Origin: Sphaeroforma arctica JP610
Lineage: Eukaryota
Reading direction: 5' to 3'
DNA: 52,261 nucleotides
NCBI RefSeq assembly: GCF_001186125.1
Contig: NW_014040220.1
Coordinates: 15,196 to 67,456 of the forward strand
Below are positions 43,560 to 52,261 of the stretch, in pieces. A program made the translations under genes and the position numbers. Below the pieces are notes generated by a model. The model was not told where the DNA came from and searched no databases. It was given only the letters and a program-made list of their open reading frames with translations. How positions within the stretch are numbered: the stretch's first letter is position 1; each line of letters begins with the position of its first letter.

Positions 43560-45064
43560 GTATGTTTGTCACTTAACTTCAACTTTTGGTTTCACCTTCC
43601 ATGTATGCTTGTGGTAACCTCCAGTCCCGGTACAGTCGGCACACTTCTCGATAAAGTGCTTACTCTTTTCTGCGTGCCTTCCATTCCATCTGCCATTCGG
43701 CTCATGTCGGGTCATTCGTCAATTGCAATCAATCTCACTACAGTTTTTGACCTTCCTATGCCTGGGCTTAGGGTTGCCTACCGGCGGTCAATTTCTGTTG
43801 GTCTGGTTACCCTTAGGGATGACATTGATCTTGTTGCCTTCAGAACCATTGATATTTTTGTTCTTATTGCCACCCTTGTCACCCCCTTTGTGTACTTTCT
43901 GACCTCCAGTAGTGGATTGAGAGTCTCGACTATTGCCTGATCCTCCGGTAAGATTGCCGCTGACCTTCCTCTGAGCATTAGTGACTTTCACCACGGAACT
44001 AGGGCATTTGGTAGACATCTGTTCCGCTCTCGAGTAAAATTCAGCCCAGGCTAAGTCCTCTAGCTTCATTATACCGTAGGTAGGTCCCTCAATGGAGATC
44101 TCTCGTACCTTGTCCGGGTAAGATTGATGCATATCGGCGTACAGAATCTCTTGATATCTCCTATGTAGGTTTGACCAAAACATTGTCTGCACCCATAGTA
44201 CACAGTGACATGTGTGTGTCCAACTCTAATAAGTAGTGGGATACCGGCGTTCCTTCTTCCGGTGGTATCATGATCGATACAAACAATTCCGGTCGAGGGT
44301 CCGTCGAAAATAAGTGGACGATCATCTCACTCTGCTTTTTCCACGTTTCCAGCCTAGTGATCGCTTGTTTCGCCTTCTCTAACTTGTTATACTTGTAAGA
44401 GAACGGCTTAAAGCTCTGCTGCGCTGCTTCGAATCATAGGTTCTTCCATAGATTGGCTGTAAGCATAATCTGTCCAAACTCTTTCAAAGACCTAGATAAC
44501 AACGCCAGACTGCTAGTATCGATTGTATCCTTTAAGTCATTTTGATCAGATCTGTATGTCGTTGGTAATTTACCTATGTCGTTTACAAATTCCTTGCCTT
44601 CCACAGCCTTCTCGGTCTGAATCACTCTTATTTCTGAATCAATCTTAGTACAGAAAGACTAGCGGCATCAATCCTACCTAGATCCATCGCCTCGAGTGAA
44701 GCTGCCTCGGTCTTGTTCATTTGAACAGTGAATTCAACAATTTCAGATTACTACTGGAGTGATCTAATCCCTTCTTGTCTGTTTGCATCTGACCATGCAG
44801 TCAGTTATCTGACTTATCCTTTGATCCATCGATCTGTTTAATATTAATGAGCGCTTCGGATGGGACAGCATCTTTTGTCGTCATTGGGATAGCCGCTGGG
44901 GGCGAACTGTCTCCCGATGACGACGAGAATTTTCTAGCTTTCACCTGAACAGGTTTAGGCTCTTCGGTCGGTTTGTCCTTCTGAGATACCTCTGGGGCGC
45001 TCTGTGGATTTCCTTTCAGTAATGGATTTGGATTAGGCTCCTGTTCAGATGCCATTCGCGACAT
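43560..45064 (-). pseudogene. Gypsy gag region, disrupted
   Basis: Lies upstream of PR. CADCTGTGGYH zinc-knuckle-like motif. Similar to 50826-52110 and 16770-17272. Confidence 0.6.
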
Positions 45065-46650
45065 TGCTGTTGCGTTCTATCCAGGGAAAATTGAGCTTCG
45101 GGTGATGAATATCGGAGTCTGTTTGCCTCTCCACTGTCTGACAACATCTCAAACGCCAATATAGCTTGATAGAGTGCCAATGGGTTGATATCAAGTCGGG
45201 AAGATCTACAAGAAGATCCCGAATTGCGTAACAAATTAAGAATGCAAAATTTCCATCTCTCTTAGGGATAATATTATTTATTTCAAAAATGGCAAGTATG
45301 TATGATACAATGTATGAACACATGGTATGGCTCTCATAGTCGCTCTTCCAAATACCTCCGGCAGTATCTTTTGAAATTGACGGAAAAGTTTGCATGCTTG
45401 CTTACCTTCGTCAGTTTTCATTAATTTTAGCCGATTGATTGTAATATTTAGTATCCCTAAACAAATCGTACCCAAACTTTCTTACCGCTGCATTCATCAC
45501 ATACCTCGGTGAGATGGTACCATCTGGGTTGGTCTTCAATACGTCCGGAAAGTACGTTCCATACGTATTTCAAAACACCCGTGCCCTGTTGGCCCGCTGT
45601 CGGATCAACTCTCGTTGACCCTTCTTCTGAAGATCAATCTGTGCCTGGTATGAATTGTCCAGAGCAAAGTTCTGTCGTCAAGTCGGTCGGAGTGATGTTT
45701 TGGGTATACGCAGGAATTGTAAGGCAATCCTGCTGTCAGAATCGTCGTCTCGACGGTGAAATGTCTGGTCCACATCATCTGGACCTATATCCACGAATCA
45801 CAGTTATTCTTCCGATACGTTGATTTGGGGCTGATCCAACAGTGCTGTTGGCTCATCCTCCGAGTCATCCTCCCCTGTTTCATCATGACTTCGATCCTTC
45901 GCTGCGGTTTGCTTTTTCTTCCGCTGCTTAGGGATAATATTATTTAGGTCTCAAATCATGTAGCATTGGTTGGTAGTCCTTCAAGAAGGCTCTCCTATCT
46001 CTTGCTATCATGTGATAAGTAGGATCTCGCTTACGTGCTTTGCGCGTATCCATTGGTGAAGATGGTACATCTGATTCCAGTGCCTGTCGCACTTCTTCTG
46101 AAGTTGAATTATCTGAGGATTGCGTTTTCTCGGCGTTTCCCTTTCGAGATTTCGCATTCTTCGCAAGTGGTTTCTGTGGCTCCGTAGTCACATTACTTCC
46201 GGATTCACATCACCTCCCATGGTTATAACCGATATCGCCATCGACTGTATCACCTACGCAGCAAATTCCGCGAACGACTATTCCAAGCCGAAATCCGGTC
46301 GTCTCAGAACCTACTACGGTCGTATCTCACTTTACATGGACCAGCGGAAGGGCTGCTACGAATCTTCGACCGCATCTGGCGTTATGCCGCGGATATACTT
46401 GACATTTTTGAAATAAATAATATTTTCCCTATACCCGAGTCAACCAACTTCTTTCGTTTTTGTTTAGTCAGAGTTGGTACTGGTTGTCTCGGTGTGATCT
46501 CAGTTACGTTAGAGTCCACTGATGATGCCGGGGGTGTTTTCTGCTTCATCGCCTACAGTAAACCAATTTATTTTGCAGCCTTAGTTACATTCGCTGCCTT
46601 ATTGTTTCCTTTCGTCATAATATCGATAGCGTATTATAGACTTAAAAATA

Positions 46651-47353
46651 TGTAAAAGTCGGTCTCCTCTAGGCTGACTATACGATAACAGGACGCATAT
46701 TTTACATTTCACGCCTCGAAACAATTATCTAATCAAATTGACCAATACAGTATCTCTAAGTCCAATTTAAGAAAATAAAAAATAAAATCAAACCCCAAAC
46801 TGATGCAGTTTACATCTGCACCTAAACCCCATCACTTGGTACCTAGCTCCCCATCCCATTTAAGGCATAGACGGGGGTACATCTAGTTGGCTGGCTAGGA
46901 GGAATCAAAACCAGGTTGCCCTAAATTCTAACTCTGATCCTGTCCTTTTCTCAGTGGATTATCTTGCTCTGAGATCATTATCGAATTATACCATAGGTTT
47001 GTACGTACCAACAACCATTTCATGCCTGAGACCCTCTCTCATGGTACTCCCGTTAATTAGAGATTCCCAAAGTGTCATTTTCAGGTGTCAGATTTGTATC
47101 ATTCCTATATTTTGTACAATTCTAATTTCAGTGAAAAAACCAATCTATATTTGAGAAACCACCTAATTGTCCACAGTAGAGTCCCATACTCTACTGAGTA
47201 CTATCACATGTTCAGAATCTTGAATATCTCAATTCTTGTTCATGTCCAATACGTTAAAAGTATTCCAGTACCAGTATAAACGTTTGTATTTATTAATACG
47301 TTTATAGTATACGCTAACTGTGCAACTACTATTAGGAACCCGCTATTTTTACA
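46651..47353 (-). repeat. Gypsy 5' LTR
   Basis: Direct repeat of 38419-39310 with TG...CA ends. Confidence 0.93.
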
Positions 47354-47911
47354 ATGGGAACCGAAACAAGTCTTATTTGAAACAATCTTATTTATATATC
47401 TTATTGTTTACTTTATTAAAATAAGTCGCTAGGCACCAATTTTCGCCACGCCTCTTGAGGATGTTAGGCTTATTCAATTTTCAGAAGGCTATGCAAAGAC
47501 GCAAAAATGTGTGTGACTCTGATCTACTCTTGAGGTTTAACGATGTAGCAGAGACTAAGCCAATCACCAGAGTTGCGAACTAAAGTATACTCTTTAAAAA
47601 AACCCACCAAAATATAAACCCTAAACCCTAACTGTACACAGACAAATAAATGACAAAAATTGAGCCGATTCCGTTCAAAAAAATAAACATAAAAATAAGC
47701 GTTATCTTAAATATTATCCTTTGGGTTTACGAATAGGTACATTTTCTGAGGCAGCCAAACTGTCTCGAATTGTCCTATTTTTCACTTTGTGTGAGATGTG
47801 AATAGTTTCAAATCGCCTTTTCATGAAAAAAGGTCCATTAATCAAGTGCAATTTAGAAAAAATTTATGGTCGATTTGCCCCGGATATACTTTAAAACGCT
47901 TAAGCTTAGCT

Positions 47912-47963
47912 GAGTCTGGAGTCTAGACTCTGGAGTCTAGACTCTGGAGTCTGGAGTCTGGAC
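47912..47963. repeat. Short tandem repeat (gagtctg/gagtctagactctg)
   Basis: Seen directly. Confidence 0.7.
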
Positions 47964-50825
47964 CTGACCGAGGAACACATACAAATAAAAAAGTGCATAT
48001 TATTATTTTCAACGTTTTATATACGTATTTATTATTTTAGGAAATACAAAAATATGTATATAATTAAAATTAGGAATACTATTCTTTTATATATTTTTTG
48101 CCATATTTATGAAAAATATTTGGCATATTTATTTCATATTCATCATATTCCTAAAAAATATATTTCGTGCATGTTTCATATTTATTATTTTTCCAAAAAT
48201 ATATATGTTACATATTTATTATTTCTCTTGTATAATTTCCTCATATTTGTTTTTTCTCCTATATTTCCATATATTTAAATACTTCATACTACAAGGTATT
48301 GACATAGCTTGCTATTTAGTATGTGTGACGATAGTTGATACTAAAAGTTAAAAACACATTGATAAACAGTCCTTGTGTATGCACAACACATATGCACAAC
48401 GTAGCATAGTAATCTACCAAGGCTGAGTCATAGAACTCGACAGAGATCATTTAGCAGTGAAGCAGGAAGATGTACAGATTAAGGTGCACTTGAATACTGT
48501 GCACTAGGGTGGCATATGTGAGCATGTGGGCTTATATTGTCACTGTATATAAGTCAAATAAACTAACAATCTATGTGTTGCTTGTCAGTATTTCAACACC
48601 ACAAGAGTATAAAACTGGATTGATTTTTTTTGCCGCCTTTTTTTGTTCGAAAAAACAATCAATTTTTAAATTGGTAACAATTTGCCACCTTATTTGAAAA
48701 AGGTGGTCAACATGCATCGCGCGGAATCAGGATAAATTGCAACTGACGCTATACTACTGGTACAATAGCTCTGAAATTGGTAACATTGCTCAAGGACAAT
48801 ACTAATGATAGGTGTGAACAATTATTTGTATGACTATGAATTACAAAGTTCACAATGTCGCTTCTGGCAGGATATGTGACAAGTGTGGACTACGTCGTCT
48901 GTGACCAGGATGCGCTCAGGAGACAAAATATCGAACTAGTATGTATTGTGAAAAAGCGTTTTTCGGTTATCACCCGACTACAATAGTGTCAAAAAGAGTG
49001 TCCAACATGTGGGTTTGTAATTTTTGATGTTATTTCCTCCAATTTGGTATAGTTCAAATTACAGGGTCTTTCACGCATACTTGCGAAGTTACACAACTAT
49101 ATATATGGACACATATGTCCATGAAAACACACATATATATATACAGACGATAANNNNNNNNNNNNNNNNNNNNCAAACATACATACATATATATATATAC
49201 ATATATATATATATAGATGAGAAATATGGCAAATTTTAGAAATATGCCATACGTACAATATACAAATTTACGAAATATATTATATAATATAGTATATGAA
49301 AGAAAATGTTTATGCGATATTTCACATCAGCTATAATTCAGCTACTATACACGTGTACAATTCCCTTAATATAGCTACAAACTACAACCACTCTGCCTAT
49401 ATAATTATTCCAATATAACTACAAAATATAGTCAATATGCCTATATAAATCCTTTGATAGAACTGCAAAATACAGGCTATATGCCTATACAATTCCTATA
49501 ATACAGCCGTGAAATACTATATATTATATTTCGTGTTGTACGAATGGCATATTTTAGAAATATGGCATATTTTAGAAATATGGCATATTTACGGCATATT
49601 TTTAAATATGGCATATTTCATTTTTTTTTATATACCAAATATTATTATTTTTGCCATATTTCTGAAATCAACACGCGTACTACTTATTATTTTCCAAATT
49701 CCATATCGTATTTCATATTTTATATTTAACGTTTTCAGTGCATACTTAATATTTTAAAAAATAATACGCCAATTTTTCGCCATATATATAATCGAAAATG
49801 TTTAGCTCTGGTGTCCTTGAACTCTGGAAACATGATTTTTGAAATTCCGATTTCTAGATGTTTCAAAAAGAAAAAGAGTACATATGATGCTGGTTTCTTA
49901 TTTGTTTTTTTTAAATATTTAAATAGATACTAACAAGTAATTTTGTTTTTTTTAATAAAAATAAAAATAAATATTGACAATGACGCAGTCTCATTGTCTC
50001 AATTCTCAAATTTCCAGTGAGGCGTGACCCCGGTGAGCCCAGTGGCAGTACTGAGTACATATGACATATGTGTGCTGTCCACTGTACCCAGTTCCCACTG
50101 GCCACTGTCCAGTGACACTGTGGTGGAGTCCTCTCACTCCTTTGGTCTTCCGGTGCCGCACTGCTTTGCAGCCTTTGCCCTTTGGGCCATATTCACAGCA
50201 AGAACGCGCGAGACGACGGACTCTGGAGACGAACAGTACATTTGAAAATATAGTTTAAAAATACATAGTTTTTTTATTTTATTTAAAAAAATACGTACGA
50301 AAACGTATCTACGAATTGAAGCCTGGTCCTAATATTTAAATACTCTTTTGAGAGTCTGAAGAGCCACAAACCTCAAAAATCTCAACGCAAGAAAAAGAGA
50401 AGTTTTTGTTTTTCTATACTATTAAAATTTCTATAAAAAATGTAAACAAAAACTTCCTCAGCAATGTTATGTACATACATACTGTGCCAAACGAATGTCT
50501 TCATACGGCACTGGTGACAATAAAATTAATAACCACCTCAGGCTCAGTTTCCTACCCGCCTCATACTTTTTCGAGTTTACTTTGCCTTTTTAAGATGTAA
50601 TTAGCGTGATTTTACCCCATTTATTGCACTGTTGCATTAGTTCTTTGTCGGCCTCAGAAGAGAGGCCGACGTATTTTAGACACGAATAGGGATAATATTA
50701 TCTATTTCAAAAATGGCAAGTATGTATGATACAATGTATGAACATATGGTATGGCTCTCATAGTCGCTGTAGTGGTTCAGGAGAGATTGATGGGAAGAAG
50801 TGGTCAGTAAATTCCCGTTTGAAGC

Positions 50826-52110
50826 TTGGGCCAAATGAGTCGACAATGGAAGATATGTGCCGAGTCTATGGACTTTACACGGGGTAATAAACACTCCCGT
50901 ACACGTGTTAACGATGTCGAACTTAATCGCTTCGATCGCACCGCCTTACACCAACCCGCAGGGGATTTTCCCTCTGACGAGGTGACCGAACCTAATAAAT
51001 CGGTCGACGATTACACCATTAAGACAGAAATCACCCAAGACAAGCACCGTGCCGATGACGTATCGTATTTTGTTAATATGATCGCGATCAAGCAGAAACG
51101 CATCGATCAGCTACTTCAGGTCCAACGTGGACAAGACCACAGGGATAACCAGAAGTACAAGGAACAGATCAGTCGACTTAAGTCGAATTGAGATGCCAAC
51201 AGAAGCAGGTCGAGTTTGTAAACAACCATGACCTCGACACGCTAACCCGTACGCTTAATGCGGTTACGGACATGCTGGAGACGAATGATGTCGCTCCCCA
51301 GCAATGGATTTCTGCAATGCAGTCGTTTGACCCTACTGGAACAAGTTATTTGATCCTGCATCGACACCAGCATGAGCTAGACACTTGTCGTGACTGGCCA
51401 GCTGTGTGTTGGTTGGTTACGTCCTTATTAAGCAAGGACATGCGTAGTCCAGGACTGAGTTCAATCTTAACTGAACCAGTTGAGAATACTCTTATTAGGG
51501 TTACATTCTGAAACTTGATGCTGACCTTAAACGTCCAGATATAACAAAGGACACGGCTCAGCGATGGTACGAGTTCCCGGTTATGCATGTTTTCTGTAAG
51601 AACATAGGGAACAACGACCGTGAAAGTCTGTACTCCGAGTTGCGATGTAAGTACACAACTGAGGCTCGAGACAAGGGGCATGAAACAAAGTTTTATCTAT
51701 CCCGACTTACGTGGGAACAGTTTTATGACACTGTATTCACTCTTTTCCCCGCATACCGAGTAATCTCGAAGGGAAAGGCGGTAAATAAGAAACCACGTGA
51801 GCTCCCTGATCAAGGAAAGGATACCTCTCACGCCAGACGTCAGATGATATGCCTCATCAGACGCGTCCTAACCAGACACGTGCTCGCGACCATACTCAAT
51901 CAACGTGACCCAATAAACGGGCACGCGCGGAGTCGAAAGACAAGGAACCTCCATATAAGGAGATTAAGAAATGTGTCGACGCACAGTGTGTTTATGTCAT
52001 GTACCCAAATTGACCCCTAACGAATATTGGAACGGAAGCATGCACCCACCTGTACACACTTTCTTACTAAGTGTGACAAGTGTGAGAAGACCAATGGCTG
52101 TAAACTTCGA
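50826..52110 (+). mobile_element. Degenerate gag of another Ty3/Gypsy-like element
   Basis: YLSRLTWEQFY matches MKLEDLAWAEFY, and RKHAPTCTHFLTKCDKCEKTNG matches RHAEKSKHFIEKCADCTGTGG of the 38-47 kb element gag. Confidence 0.6.
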
Positions 52111-52261
52111 TGGAAATTACTAGGTTTCAAACTATATTAAACTAAAATACAATTTAGTCGGTTAGGATTTAGCAGTGGTAGTTTGTGTAAGAATGATCGG
52201 GACTGCCTCTTGTTAAGAGCCTAAATATCCTCGATCACACAGGGCGTACCTCTAGCTGTTC

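Larger units (their letters stand above)
38419..47353 (-). mobile_element. Full-length Ty3/Gypsy (chromovirus-like) LTR retrotransposon with adenine methyltransferase-like domain
   Basis: LTRs 46651-47353 and 38419-39310 (tgtaaaa...ttttaca). G-run PPT at 39314-39326. Order gag-PR-RT-RH-MTase-INT-chromodomain. Confidence 0.96.
34140..47493 (+). mobile_element. Complete P-superfamily (P/Galileo/THAP9-like) DNA transposon with nested Gypsy
   Basis: Imperfect TIRs: catagccttctaaaaaatagacaagccaaacatcctc at 34140 and its inverse ending at 47493, plus a shared ttggtgcctagc subterminal motif. Perfect 7-bp TSD caaagac at 34133-34139 and 47494-47500. Confidence 0.92.

Noticed and set aside
38415..47357. 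Gypsy TSD
   Set aside because: Flanks attg/atgg match only 3 of 4 bases, so no TSD is claimed
47990..49800. AT-rich blocks with aaatatggcatatt motifs as a fold-back element
   Set aside because: No clear terminal inverted repeat or TSD could be delimited by eye

Overview
Eukaryotic, intron-rich, (TA)n-rich draft sequence. The organism cannot be fixed from sequence alone. Bases 1-13 kb hold two divergent multi-exon housekeeping genes: PUS7/TruD pseudouridine synthase (minus, 3' end runs off the window) and mitochondrial processing peptidase alpha subunit (plus). From about 16.5 kb onward is a nested, mostly decayed transposon island. It contains an internally deleted Ty3/Gypsy fragment, a near full-length Ty1/Copia, a piggyBac-like transposase, a Sola3-like transposase and a THAP pseudogene. 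It also holds a complete P/Galileo-like element (TIRs plus 7-bp TSD) with a full-length chromodomain-bearing Ty3/Gypsy nested inside, and a second Gypsy gag. Main finding: both LTR retrotransposons, from different superfamilies, carry a homologous phage-Dam/DIRS-type N6-adenine DNA methyltransferase-like domain within pol. In the Copia it sits in frame inside the integrase HH..CC zinc finger. In the Gypsy it lies between RNase H and integrase. Secondary findings are a probable Tf1-type self-priming site in the Gypsy and recurrent TTTAGGG-like filler at duplication or breakage junctions.
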